64,000 nt of DNA from Octopus bimaculoides. Lineage: Eukaryota. Below the pieces are notes generated by a model. That model did not search any database and was not told the DNA's origin. It saw only the letters and a program-made list of their open reading frames with translations. Positions 26,837-40,404 of the stretch are shown here, piece by piece (the first letter of the stretch is position 1; each line of letters opens with the position of its first letter). Both the position numbers and the translations under genes were made by a program. The DNA lies in contig NC_069002.1 in the NCBI RefSeq assembly GCF_001194135.2, positions 34,153,909-34,217,908 of the forward strand, read 5' to 3'.

Positions 26837-26985
26837 CAGCTTCCTTCTGCGAAATCCACTCACAAGACTTTGGTCGACCCATGGCTGTAACAGAAGACAC
26901 TTGCCGAAGGGGCCACGCAGTGGAACTGAACCGGGAATAATGTGATTGGGAAGCAAGGTTCTTACCACACAACCACGCCTGCGCC
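26837..26985 (-). mobile_element. SINE family A, 5' part
   Basis: Reverse complement GGCGCAGGCGTGGTTGTGTGGTAAGAACCTTGCTTCCCAATCAC...GGTTCAGTTCCACTGCGTGGCCCCTTCGGCAAGTGTCTT. Confidence 0.9.
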
Positions 26986-27725
26986 TATATATATATATAT
27001 ATATACATACATACATACATATATACAGTGAGAGAGAGAAGGAGGGATGGAGTTAGAGAGGGGCGCAGAGAGATACACAAGCAGAAAGACAATAAATAGT
27101 CGGACTGAGAGATAGACTTATTTTGACAGATAGACATTCAGTAGTCCGAAGGTTATACTGCGTGGGTGTGTGTGTGTACGTATGGATAATCTAAAATTAC
27201 ATGATATATATGTGAGAGTAACACACAGACTTAATATGCAACTCGTATATTACATTTATGATATAACGATAACACACCATTTCAACAGTGAATTCCTATT
27301 CAGCGGAAATTTGTAAATCTTCAAAAAACATCGGTAACACAGTCAGAAACAAAATTCTATTGAAATATTTGTTTATAATTTCAATAAAACAATAGCATAA
27401 ACGTATTATCTTCATGAAATGTCGAAATTATACGGAGGTCAACGAACACATAGACATGTAAAACTAAATATCAAATACAAATGCTGTTCTTTAATGTCTA
27501 CAATCATAGCGCGTATGTATACAAAGATATCAATTCTATTGAATGGATATCGTGGAAAGTGATACGTGCGCACGAAGTTTATGGATGTGTGTGTATGTTT
27601 ATACATACTCTTGCGCGCGCACGTTCACACATAGATATATTTAATGCGCAATGCATGGACTTAACGTATGGAATGCTCCTTTAATAGATCAGGTTATAAA
27701 ACACACTGCAAACGAAAACGAATTA

Positions 27726-27945
27726 TAGGCACAGGCGAAGCTGTGTGGTAACAGGCTTGCTTCCCAACCGCATGGTTCCGGGTTCAGTCCTCCATTTTAG
27801 GCAAGTGTCTTCTACTATAGCCTCCGTCCGACCAAAGCCTTGTGAAAGAAGCCCGCTGTATACATACACGTGTGTATGAACGGATTTGGTAGAAACTGAA
27901 AGAAGCCCATTGTATGCATACATATGTGTGTATGAATATATGTAT
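27726..27945 (+). mobile_element. SINE family A, 5' part with an internal ~40-bp duplication
   Basis: GGCACAGGCGAAGCTGTGTGGTAA...GGTTCAGTCC. The segment GAAAGAAGCCC..TGTAT.CATAC..GTGTGTATGAA occurs twice. Confidence 0.88.
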
Positions 27946-27959
27946 ATATCTACGTATTT

Positions 27960-28349
27960 GTGGAGGCGCAATGGCCCAGTGGTTAGTGTAGTGGACTCGT
28001 GGTCATAGGATCGCGGTTTCGATTTCCAGACCGGGCGTTGTGAGTGTTTATTGAGCGAAAACACCTAAAAGCTTCACTAGGCTCCGACAGGGGATGGTGG
28101 CGAACCCTGCTGTACTCTTTCACCACAACTTTCTCTCACTCTTTATTCCTGTTTCTGTTGTGCCTGTAATTCAAAGGGTCAACCTTGTCACTCTTGCCAC
28201 GCTGAATATCCTCGAGAACTATGTTAAGGGTACACGTGTCTGTGGAGTGCTCAGCCACATGCACGTTAATTTCACGAGCAGGCTGTTCCGTTGATCGCAT
28301 CAACTGGAACTATCGACGTCGTAAGCGACGGAGTGCCAACAACAACATT
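27960..28349 (+). mobile_element. SINE family D, full length, 9-bp TSD
   Basis: A-box TGGCCCAGTGG, B-box-like GGTTTCGATTTCC, (CAA)n tail. TSD TACGTATTT at 27951-27959 and 28350-28358. Highly similar to the copies at 53319 and 57690. Confidence 0.97.
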
Positions 28350-28429
28350 TACGTATTTATAAAAGAAGCGGCAGGCAGCCGCTGATCTCGTAACTAGATG
28401 CAGAGTCAATTTTCAAATCTTTGATATAT

Positions 28430-29070
28430 GGAAGACAATACGTAATACAAATAATAAAACGGTTTAATATGGGAAGGAGGAGGGAGTTTTGGCAAGGTAT
28501 TAAAGAATAAACAGTCGATTACAGTAGTGGAAGAGAAGGTTATATGTAGTAATAGGATGAAAGTCATAGTCACATATATTTATCGTTAAGAACCTTGAAG
28601 TAACAATAATTGCAAGAGACAAAATCAAATAAAAGTAGAGAAAGGTTTTAAGATATTCTGTTTACGAAATACAGTTATTAATATGAACAAGACGAGAAAG
28701 ACAAAAAAATAAATAAATAAATAAATGGACGTATAAAATTAGGATGAAATAAGGAAGGCAGTGTATTAACGATATTAGTTAATACTGTAGACTGGAAAAT
28801 ATTGAAATATATAAGTTAAACTAATACAAAATAGTAAAATAAATGCTTTGTATTTGCTAAGATGGTGTCTAGAAATATATAATTATTGGTATAATAATAG
28901 AGTTAGATATATTGAAACATGTATGGATAAATATTTTATAAATATTGTTAATATCTAAAATTGGTTTGAAATTTAAATGATCATTCTATTGTAGCTGGTC
29001 GTATAGATTATAACCAGAGTTATATATTTTTATATAGCGGTGGGCTAGATGGTCATAATTAAGAATTAAA
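28430..29070 (+). mobile_element. Possible very old LINE remnant
   Basis: A/G-biased, coding-like plus strand with many stops. Only a weak GGL motif; no firm domain. Confidence 0.25.
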
Positions 29071-29299
29071 ATGGAGAGGAAGCAACAGAAAAATAAGAAT
29101 ATATACACACCCACAACTCATACATACATACATACGCAGCCACACACATGTCATAGTTCAGTTTTATTTTAAGATTCCTTGCCAATAAAGAGCCGGTTTC
29201 TAACCTAGATCCAAGGCTCCTTTATTGGAATTTCAACATCAACAACAGGATATTTTTGTATGTATATGTGCATATGCACATACTCACAACCCGTAAACT

Positions 29300-29830
29300 C
29301 GTCCCTGAAGACATACTTAGAAAACCACAGCACTAACAGTTATACACACGCAGAAAGACTTATGATCACATTGAAACACAATCATACAAACACATCATAA
29401 ACTCATACATATACAAAGACATACTTATGTATATACACACTCGGAAACACAATCACGTGCGTGAACACATAGAAAATCACCAAGCAAGCACATACAACAC
29501 ACAAAACACATCCATAAACACGTACATATAAAGTTACAAAGGAAACGTACACGTGCGCGCGGCGCGTATACTCACAAACGCAAACGCTCACATAATTACA
29601 AACACATTGAAACGCAAACAACGCCCAAACTCATACACACATACAAAAACATACAGACACACAGAAAACACATCGACAAACACATACATTTAAATTCGCA
29701 AAGGAAGCACGCATACACGTATACGCATAAACGCAAGCACTCACATACTTACAAACACAGAAAAACACAATCACGCAAACAGCGCACAAATGCAACACAA
29801 ACACCACATAACCAGCAACAAATAATGAAA
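29300..29830. repeat. Degenerate CA-rich tandem repeat
   Basis: Recurring ACAAACACAT, AAACTCATACA and GAAA.ACACAATCACG words. Confidence 0.75.
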
Positions 29831-30216
29831 CACCAACAATAATCCGTTCAAACGGTTTCATTTTTACTATTTCCTTTTTAGTGTTTCATCACTAAAATAC
29901 TATTATGCTAGGTTTTTTTTTTTTTTTTGATAAAGTGTCAAATAACGAAACGTACGCTTATGTAAATATTGGACGTTGATAGGCGCAAAATTAATAATAT
30001 TAATAATAGATAACAAAGTGAATTTATTTAATATCGGTGTTATGGTACAAATATTCAAATATATAAATTGTATTAAGTGAATATTATGTCTCTTATAAGG
30101 ACACACACGTGCGCGTGCAAATATACACACGCAAATACACAGAAACATACTCATCCACACATATATACATACATGCATATATACAAATGTGTATGTATGC
30201 ATATATATAAATATAT

Positions 30217-30455
30217 GAGCAAGGCACTTTATTTCACGTTGCTCCAGTTAACTCAGCTGTAGAAATGAGTTGCGACGTCACTGGTGCCAAGCTGTATCAG
30301 CCGTTGCCTCTCTCTTGGATAACATCAGTGGCGCGAAGAGGGGAGGCTGGTATGCATGGGCGACTGCTGGCCTTCCACAAACATCCTTGCCCGAACTTGT
30401 GCCTCAGAGGGGGAACCTTCTAGGTGCAAACCCATGACAGGAGGGGGGCGCCTAT
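30217..30455 (+). mobile_element. SINE family C, 5'-truncated
   Basis: GAGCAAGGCACTTTATTTCACGTTGCTCCAG...GGAGGCTGGTATGCATGGGCGACTGCTGG...TAGGTGCAAACCCATG, followed by a (CA)/(TA) tail. Confidence 0.92.
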
Positions 30456-30456
30456 T

Positions 30457-30502
<46 letters not shown>

Positions 30503-30649
30503 CTCTGTAGCATAATGCAATGGTGTTCTTTGATGTCCTGTTGCTGTTAGCCCACAATTACACTTGGAAAATCAAAAGCTGAGGTACCCAGTAAACACAA
30601 AGGTGAAACGTAGATAGCAAGTAAATGATACAAACTTATGTTTATCATA

Positions 30650-30654
<5 letters not shown>

Positions 30655-30731
<77 letters not shown>

Positions 30732-30738
30732 TGTGTGT
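30655..30738. repeat. (TG)n microsatellite
   Basis: Seen directly. Confidence 0.97.
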
Positions 30739-33700
30739 CTCGGGGTTTTGTAAGTATGTATGTATATATATATGTATTTCTTTTATCTTTGTGCCGTTTC
30801 CTTCTCACTTTACCTCTCGGTTTGCCTCTTTGCGGCTCTGTCTTCCTCTTTGTGTATCTCTATCTCTCTCCTGTTTCCTGACCCTTGCATTCGCTCTCAT
30901 TGATTTTTCTTTGTTGCCATCATCATTCCATTTCCTCTGAATGAAGACTTAGAACATCGCCTTGTATAACATTATCCAGTTAGCTTTAGCTAAACCATTA
31001 AGCTTAACTATTATACATTTATCTGAATCGCAGATAACTACGGCTCATAGTCCCCGTTGTTTGAAATCGTATCTGAACAATGGGCAGAATATCTGTCATG
31101 ATAAATCCAGCATACAAAACTCAAGATTGGACGAGTTACTTTGAGTAAAAGTAGTTTCGATATAGTTGCTAATTTTGAAAACAAAAAGGATATTACATAG
31201 GTCGGGATATATCTACGGATTATATCTATGATATTTATGGCAACAGAGGATATGGCTTCTGTGGGTGTATCGGTTAGAGAAATGACAAAAGGATAACAGT
31301 GAAAACATCACCGCTACCTATCTCCGAACTCTTAGCTGATTTGACGAAAATGGAATTAAATATCTTCGGAAGTGAAGCTTTTGTCGTTACTAATAGCTCA
31401 GAAGCAGTAAGAGGTGTTGTTGTTGTTGTTATTATTATATTATTATTAGTAGTAGTAGTTGTAGTAGCAATAGTTGTTGTTGCCGTATTTGTCGTGGTGC
31501 TAATCCTGCCAGGTGTTGATTCCGTTAGCGGTTTTCATCATTCTAAGTGAAAGCGAAATCTTATGAAAATACGAACCAGAGCTTTATAAACAACACATCC
31601 AAGTTAGATCGGATGTGCCAATTAATATTCGACACGATAGCTGTTTCTGCTGGTAATAACATATTTATTCACAGCTCGCCAGCACTTCGAGACATGACAG
31701 GCTGTTTGGCCAATATTATTCTACATAGGTGTGACTGATTTTCTATCGGTACTTGGCGGCTTCATACTGCTGATGATCCGCAATACCTTCAGATTACGTG
31801 ACATAGCAGTACCATTTACCAGTGCTGACTAAATTTAGTCAACAGATTTCATTTCGATTCTTCTTATGATTTGTTAGCCGCACGAAATCCTATTTCGGGA
31901 CATTCGCCAGACGCTACAGCCTGACCATCAATGCGTCCACGTGCACATTAATATTCGTTCTATTGCCTCAGTGGCTAATAGCAAATATGTTTGTTCGTGT
32001 GTGTGTGAAAAGGTTATAGATATATAAATTTGTATTCATTTTGATTCCTTTCTCCTCTTTGATAGGAAAAAATAATTAATCCAATGCATATTAGTAGCAA
32101 GCTTTATCTAAGCTTTCGAACTTCATACTCCATAATTCCCAACACATTTTGAACCGTGGAAAAAAAAATGTCAGCATTTAGATAACTGTTCTCGCAAAAG
32201 GATACTTTTGTTGCTGCTGTTACTTTGCTCATGGTCACCACACACCCAGCAGACGTTTGGTCAGAGGCATGCTATTTCTGAGAATCCATTTTTCTTTTAT
32301 TCTGATTTTATTTATGTTTGCAATGAATCCAAGTACACATGTTCATTTTTACGATGGCAGAGTCTGCATTGGGGACGATATGGCTGCTAATTCTGGCATA
32401 TAGCGTTCAATACAGCTTATTTTGCTGGACCGTTTATAGCTTGCGGAAAAACATGCCCTGATATTCTACATAAAGAGAGATCAGTCATGGCTATATTTTG
32501 TTATAATATTTTGCTGACATCAGCCACGAGTAGATGGCACGGACTTCGGTGTATAATTAACATTATGCCATTGGAATATGCACAGGAAATTTCACGACAT
32601 CGTGCCATCATCGTAAACGAACGAACACACATAAAAAAGAGCTTTCTATAAATATTTATTATAAATAGCTAAATGCTATCATAAATTTCATTATTTAACA
32701 TATATTTGTCGAAAACTACACTAAAACTGCCTACATCATCTTTCGTCAGAACTATTAATAATTCCCATCACAGCCAAACGCATTTCAGTGGTTGTTAGAA
32801 CAAAATTTCCTGTCACCCCACACCCACGTAGCGATGGGATACCACTCCCAATGTAAAGTTTATCAAATTTTATGTGTTAAACGGGTGTAAAAGTTCCAAG
32901 CAAAACAAGACTAATGCATTTCATATTGGACATACTTTGACGTTGGTTGCGTATAATGTTTACGGCAACATAAGGCACATACTGAGCATTAAACACTATA
33001 TTTAATACACATCTCCATTTTACTATTAATATGTATATAAGTTGAAAAGGAAATTAGATGGCTAGTTTATACATTGACCTTGATGCACCGATGCATGTAA
33101 AACAAACATTAAAACGGACATGAAAACCTGATGCAAGTTAGCTGTAAACTGCAGTAATGTCTCTAATGTCTGTATTTTGCATAAAATAAAAGATATTTCA
33201 TCAAATAGCCAAACTTGCAGTCTTTAAAATCACGAAGTGTATACATAACCTAAGCTTCTATCATGTATTATTTGGTATTATTGGATGAGGCAACGTGCCA
33301 TAAAAATATGATAGTATAGATTATAGAAGAGAAAAACTATTGCATTTAATAGTCACGGCTTCGATTCCTGTACGCAGTAGCTTGGGCGAGGAAATGTGTG
33401 TACAATCACTGCCATGAGTAGACGAAAGCCTTGTGAGAGAAATTTGCTGGATGCATACTGCGTAAATGTCTATATTTGAACCTCTCATTGGGTGAAGGTT
33501 ATCCGTTACTCGTCTTAAGGCGGCGTTTGGGTGCATTCAATGCAATTCATTGTGCTGCAAGTTTCAGACCAAGTCTGGTGTATATCTGGTCATGTTAAAT
33601 AACATTCAGGAACTCATGAATATCATGAATTTATGAGACAGCAGAGAAAATATAGAGACTGAAATGGAATCAGTTATGGAGAGACATAGGAATGTGTATT

Positions 33701-34250
33701 GGACTAAGGACCAGGTTACGTTATATATACTATTTCTAATATACTTTGTTTCCACTTAAAGAATAACTGGATGATTCTTTCGAAATTATATTAGGTATCG
33801 CAATGCAATATTTTCAAGGTTATTTATGAAGGTTTGTAATAAAGATAATTTTTATATATCCGAAATATGATATGATTATCAAGCGATAATAAATTGAATT
33901 TAAATTGAAATGAAATTGATTCAACAAATATTTATATTTGCAAAACCAAGCATTGAATTAGGCGATGAATTTGAGGTATAAATCGTGTGCAAATATACGA
34001 GCATGCATGTCGGTAGATTGAGATATTCACGAAATCGGATACAATATACGAAGCATTTTATGGCATCTTGCCTTAATTTTTCTTTTTTTAAATATTTTTT
34101 CCAACAGATATGTTTCGCAACGATCAGCTTCATAGCAAATTTAATACGTTTCCTACTGAAATGTGTATTTTGTTTCATCTTGCATTTGTTGTATTTTCAT
34201 CTGATTTTTATTGGTTTTCTTAAATAATAAAGCGGTATCTCCTATTTTTT

Positions 34251-34562
34251 GCTGTTGTAAGTAGCTTGCTTACCAACCACATGGTCCCGGGTTCAGTCCT
34301 ACTGCGAAGCACATTCAGCAAGTGTTTGCACTATATCCTCGGGCCGACCAAAGCCTTGTGAATAGATTTGGCAGACGGAAACTGAAAGAGGCCATGTGAC
34401 CGCGTGTGTATCGTTGGCGATTTTCTTTCTCCGTCTTCCCTTCATTGGACATTTTCTATATTTCTGATCCTCTTTTCTTTCCTTTCCTGAGCGTCCAATA
34501 GAACTGTACTTATTCCACGTCCTCTCGTTGTTAGTTTTTTCTTGCTTCTTCATGTTTGGATT

Positions 34563-34608
<46 letters not shown>

Positions 34609-34807
34609 TGGTCCCCAATCAACATCGCTTGATTACCGATGCTGGTGTGTTTACGTCCCCGTAACTTAGCGGCTTCTCAAACGGGACCGACAGCAAAAAT
34701 ACTAGCCTTGCAAAGAATAACTCCTGGGGTCAATTTGCACGACTAAGGGCGGTGCTACAGCATGGCCGCAGTCAAATGACCGAAACAAGCAAATGAATAA
34801 CAGAATA
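34251..34807 (+). mobile_element. SINE family A, near full length, with a ~155-bp foreign insert
   Basis: Head GGGTTCAGTCCTACTG, body to 34405, unrelated pyrimidine-rich insert at about 34410-34566, (TA)n(TG)n, then the complete 3' body and tail. Confidence 0.92.
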
Positions 34808-35481
34808 CCGGGAAGAAAAGTGCGAAACAGGTGTTATTTTAGCGAGATACATCTTGAAATCACCTGACGAGATACTTCTACGCCAACAAATACCTAAAAC
34901 AGTTATCCAGTATTACATCCGTGAGGAATCGTTGGGTCGAAACAATTGTAGTCATCAATAAACATTCTTGCATCTTCCGTCTTTCTCTCATTAATTATTT
35001 ACACATGTTGGGGAGCGTGCGGGTGTATGTTTGTGTGTGCCATCTACCTTCGTGTTTGAGCGTATTCTCTCCACCTATACATTACGTTGTAGTCAATATC
35101 TCTCAACATATGATTCTACGGACGATGGTACCTGTGAGGAAATATAGGATGGAAGAAAGGTAATTATATTTAGAAAACAAACATTACCACATGTTTGGTA
35201 CCGTGAGAGATGTGTTGGCATCAAGTATGCTGCGTGTAATGGTATTAGAGAAAGTAAAAATTATATTGACGGCAGAGAACAGGATTTATCTCGTGGCACT
35301 CGTCTGGTAGAATTTCAATTACAGTTTTTGGGTCGAGGTTAAGACTTGGAAGAATAATTTGCTCTTGGTTTGGTTTAGTATAGCAGAAACTGAAACACTG
35401 CAGTTGCGAAGATATTCTCTTACTAAACAGCAACACAGGTCAGACGATCACACGAACACACGTTTACTGAGGGAGGGAGAG

Positions 35482-35520
<39 letters not shown>

Positions 35521-35610
35521 TATGCATATAACCATACATATATACATCACATATATATATGCATATGTGCATGAAATAATTAGAAAAGGCTGAAGACGGG
35601 TTAAATTGAC

Positions 35611-35808
35611 TTTTACGTGTTTCAGTCAGTTGACTGCAGCCATGTCGGACCACCTCCTTTAGTCGAACAAATCAACCCCAAGACATATTCTTTGTAAGTC
35701 AAGTACTTTTTCTAATGGACTCTTTTCGCTAAATTACACCGATTTAAACACAGCACATCGATCGTGAAGTGATAGTGGGAACACAAAGGCCCATATATAT
35801 AATATATA

Positions 35809-35846
<38 letters not shown>

Positions 35847-35908
35847 CGATGGGCTTCTTTCATTTTTGCATCTCCCAAATCTAGTCATATTGCTTTGCTC
35901 GGCCTGAG
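35611..35908 (-). mobile_element. SINE family A, 3' part, diverged
   Basis: TTTCAGTCAGTTGACTGCAGCCATG...CCTTTAGTCGAACAAATC, an internal microsatellite, then GGGCTTCTTTCA. Confidence 0.8.
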
Positions 35909-36229
35909 TGTGTGTGTGTGCGTGTGTGTAACTACACGTGTGTATTTTCTCCGTACATTTCTATATTTGAGAAGTTATGATGAATTAGCTGTCAGCTGAA
36001 CCTAAAAAAATAGTTTCAGAATATTCATATTTCTTGTTTGTTAGTAGTCGTGACTATGGCGATATTTGAACCTTGATTCGAGGCAAAATATTCCAAAATA
36101 TCTCTGTACCGACCTTTGAAGAAATACGGTCTTAAACACACGGTGTGTTTCTTTGGTATGCATATTGACTCACGTTTTCTTTTAGTTGGGTTAGGAGAGT
36201 TATATTTATACTTGTCTGTGAATAAACAT

Positions 36230-36315
36230 ATGTAAGTAAATATATATATATGTGTGTGGGTGTGTGTGTGTTTAGATTTTATATATGTATATATGCAAGT
36301 AGAGATGCACTCGTT

Positions 36316-36355
<40 letters not shown>

Positions 36356-36467
36356 CACACACACACACTCAGAAACATACTCATACACACAAAACGTGTG
36401 AATGTATATGTATTTATCTCTATATGCATTAATATATGCTTATATATATATGCATTCCCACATGCCT

Positions 36468-36547
<80 letters not shown>

Positions 36548-36968
36548 TTACCTATATATATTTATACATATATATATATAGATAAACACACACACACACA
36601 CACACAGACACACACGTGTATGTATCTATCAGATATTGATATTGAGCAAACACAGAAAGCTTTCATCTACTTAACGCCACTATACACCTCTGACCATGTC
36701 CGAAAAGACACATCATACCATTTCCAAAATGAGATTTAGCAAAATTTGGCGAAACTTCCTCTTGTTCGGTCATTTATCATTTGGACGAATCTCTTATGAT
36801 GTTCCACAGACTTCGTTAAGATTTTCTTCCCCTCCCCCCAACCAACTTGCCGCTTCGCTCTATTGAAGCAGTCTAACAAACCGGCGATACTATTGTGTAT
36901 CTATGAAAGCTTTTTCAAATAACTTTTTCCCTTTGTCCCTCTTTCTCTCTTTTTCTCTCCCCCTCTCA

Positions 36969-37051
<83 letters not shown>

Positions 37052-37314
37052 TCTCTCTATGTATGTATGTATGTATACATAAACACACATACACGTAGAT
37101 ATATATATATATACACATGTGTATGTATATATATATATATGTACATATATNNNNNNNNNNNNNNNNNNNNNNNNNNNNNNNNNNNNNNNNNNNNNNNNNN
37201 NNNNNNNNNNNNNNNNNNNNNNNNNNNNNNNNNNNNNNNNNNNNNNNNNNNNNNNNNNNNNNNNNNNNNNNNNNNNNNNNNNNNNNNNNNNNNNNNNNNN
37301 NNNNNNNNNNNNNN

Positions 37315-37387
<73 letters not shown>

Positions 37388-37410
37388 CACACACACACAC
37401 ACACACACGT
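36230..37410. repeat. Cluster of (TA)n/(CA)n microsatellites with a gap at 37151-37314
   Basis: Seen directly. Confidence 0.9.
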
Positions 37411-38276
37411 GTATATTACGTCAGTGCTATAATGGTGGCAGCTGATGAAGGAAATGTTCTCTATGTGGCCTGTGTGTATTTTGTACCTTGTTTATCATTT
37501 TGTCCATGTTTTTTTGCAACGTCATGTACCCAGATAAGCATCTATATACACATGTAGCTGAAAGTATGTACATATATGTGCGTATATTCATATATTATAT
37601 ATATATATATATTTATATATATAGGAAGACAGAGTGGCATAGAGAGGGATACATATATATCTATATATTCATGAAATGCGTAATCACATTGCTGGGTACC
37701 AATACATTTATACAATCAAACACACACGGACACACCCACACACATATAAAGCCAAATGAGCTTGTGGGCGACTGTGTCACTATGTGTGTGCGTGTGTGTA
37801 TGTGCTAGTGGTGTATGTGTGAGCGTGCGAGTGTTTGTGCCTACGTTAAAATAAACGTAAAGACTCAATGATATCCCGCAGTAGGCTTGTACGCAAGTAT
37901 CACATATTGATAAGGGGTTGACTGTCGGTTCTTGCATGTGTTCCTTGCGTTGGATTAATTTCTACCATCACGTGTATCAGATACGGTTGGGATTCATTCT
38001 GCAGGTATTTGTATACAACGTGTTATGTAATTTAGTCTTTTATATGCGAGACGAAATGCCTCTGCATTCCATGATGTGTTGATATTTCTTTCAGCAAAGG
38101 TGCTTCAAATCCAGCTGAGAATATATAGGTAGGTGTGTATGATAATTGTGTTTGTACTTTTATGGCATCCGACGTGTGTAAGTTGGCATTTATATCTGAA
38201 TTTATATTTCATTTTAATGACTTCACAGGACTCACAGACGCGCTTTTACATCCACTCGAAAAACATTATACTCTAG

Positions 38277-38365
<89 letters not shown>

Positions 38366-38759
38366 NNNNNNNNNNATATACATATATGTATGTATAGATA
38401 TATATATATATATACATACATATATATATACACACATATATACATATATGTATGTATAGATATATATATATATATACATACATATATATATACACACATA
38501 TATACATATATGTATGTATAGATATATATAGATATATATATATACATATATATCTATATATACATACATTCATATATATACATACATAGTGTGTGATTTG
38601 CAAATTTACATGAGAATTATATATATATATGATATTGTATAAAGAAAAGTAAGAGATATGCAATTAACAGATATAAAATAATATATATATAAAAGTAAAA
38701 ATATACATACATATACATATTAGTAAATATATATACATATGTACAGATTTTTTTAAGGG

Positions 38760-39430
38760 AAAATCTATGCTTTTGAGGAACTAATTCAGATGATGTGCCA
38801 TATTTTTCGAATGGCAGATGAACGCATACCGAAACAGCTGTTTTATGGTGACCTTGCAGAGGGGAAACGCTATCGGTGTAAGCCTAAGTAAAAGGTTTAT
38901 GGATGGCATAAGGACTACTATGAAGTCATTTGGAATGGTTCCAGAAGGTATAGAAACCTTTACTTCGGATCGATTTGGCTGGCGAACAAAAATGTGGAGT
39001 GGAGTGAAAGTATTTGAAGAGGCCAGGTTAACGCAAAGAAGACTCAAAAGAGATCTAAGGAAGAATGTAACCATCGAGAAGGTGAATAACATTGACCTTT
39101 CTGTGTGCACAGTCTGTGACAGACCATACCTGCGAACGCATGGAAAATGAACCTCCACCAACTATTCTGCCTATATGCCTGCGCACACCTTTGAATTCAG
39201 TGTATGACAAAAGGTTTGCAAATCTAACGGAGGCTTCAAAAGACCTTTTAAGATCCACAAAGAGCAGAATTTATTTGCAGCTCTTGGTGGTTCAAATCGG
39301 AGGTGCAATCTATGTGGGTGTCTTTTCAGAAGATTGTCTGGTTTAAAAAGCCACATCAGGTGCCATGATGGTGCTAAGGTGTAGGCGCAGGAGGTGGTCA
39401 AACTTTGCATAAGGCGTAGCCAACCACCAT
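38760..39430 (+). mobile_element. RTE-type LINE 3' end with C-terminal C2H2 zinc-finger array, 3' UTR and tail
   Basis: CHIFRMADERIPKQLFYGDLAEGKR...KPK / KRFMDGIRTTMKSFGM...DRFGWR...GVKVFEEAR..RRLKRDLRK...CTVCDR, then a degenerate finger and an intact CNLCGCLFRRLSGLKSHIRCH. Stop at 39382-39384, short UTR, then an AT-repeat tail. Confidence 0.92.
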
Positions 39431-39643
39431 ATATATACATATATATGTAATTTAATGTATATATCAATATTATCTTGGTTGAAAGACTTCGCTAATGCAA
39501 ATATGTTAATAGTTACCAGGGTAGCAAAAATCACACAAAAACTGGGATATTATACCCGGTTAATGAGTAGAAATTCCATGTTAAAGTGATGTATTTTGAG
39601 TAGATATAAAGAATAAAAATAAATGGAGCAAAACAAACCCGGA

Positions 39644-39676
<33 letters not shown>

Positions 39677-40404
39677 ATATATGTATGTATGTATGTGTAT
39701 TTTTTCAAAGTGTACAGACAACAAGGAAAAAATATATAAATAATTACCAGCAAATCTCTGCCTGCCTGCCTGCCTGCCTGCTTCCCTCCCTCCCTCCCTC
39801 CCTCTCGATCTCTATCTATTTATCGCTCGCTATCTCTGTCTCTCGCTCTATCTCTCACTCTATGGAGCTCCCTATCTCTCTCTCTCTATCTATCTATATA
39901 CATATATATGTGTGTGTGTGTGTGTGCATCACTAGTAATAAAGCAAGAATACAAATAAAGCACTACAACACAAATTGAAATAAATAGCAAGGAAAATCGT
40001 GTTTTGATGCTCCTGCCAATTTGGAATATTTTAAGACAAGTTACATATCAAGAAAAATATGTCGGAGAGAAAACTAGCAGTTTAGCTGAAATTAAGTCTA
40101 TGTTGAAAGATTTTATTTAATAAATATCTCGAAGTTGATAATTCAATATATGCAAAAAATATTGCATGGGAAAATGATAGTAATTATAATTATTCTTGAT
40201 TATGTTTAGCAAAGTCTATAAAGCCGTACGTTTACCTGAAGCACTTAGAAATGCTTACACAAAAACTGCAGATACGCCAATACTCATTAGAGTGTAGCAA
40301 TCTACGATAAATACTTTTCAAGTAATGAATTAGCTAATGGAATAAACACGCACTAAAAAATGCTCATGCGCTCATACATACATACATACTTAAATAAATA
40401 TATG

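Noticed and set aside
27960-28040. tRNA-like A/B-box heads in several places
   Set aside because: They continue into SINE bodies and tails and I could not form a full cloverleaf with acceptor stem, so they are not called tRNA genes.
28094-28294. Recurrent ORF MVANPAVLFHHNFLSL (also 53452-53643)
   Set aside because: It lies inside the family-D SINE; recurrence reflects SINE copies, and the frame is not preserved among them.
32533-32610. GATGGCACG/CGTGCCATC inverted repeat enclosing ~60 nt
   Set aside because: Large asymmetric internal loops; not a convincing miRNA or structured RNA.
37430-37560. CTGATGA motifs here and at 54206 and 34867 as hammerhead cores
   Set aside because: No correctly placed stem II plus GAAA or compatible stems I/III.
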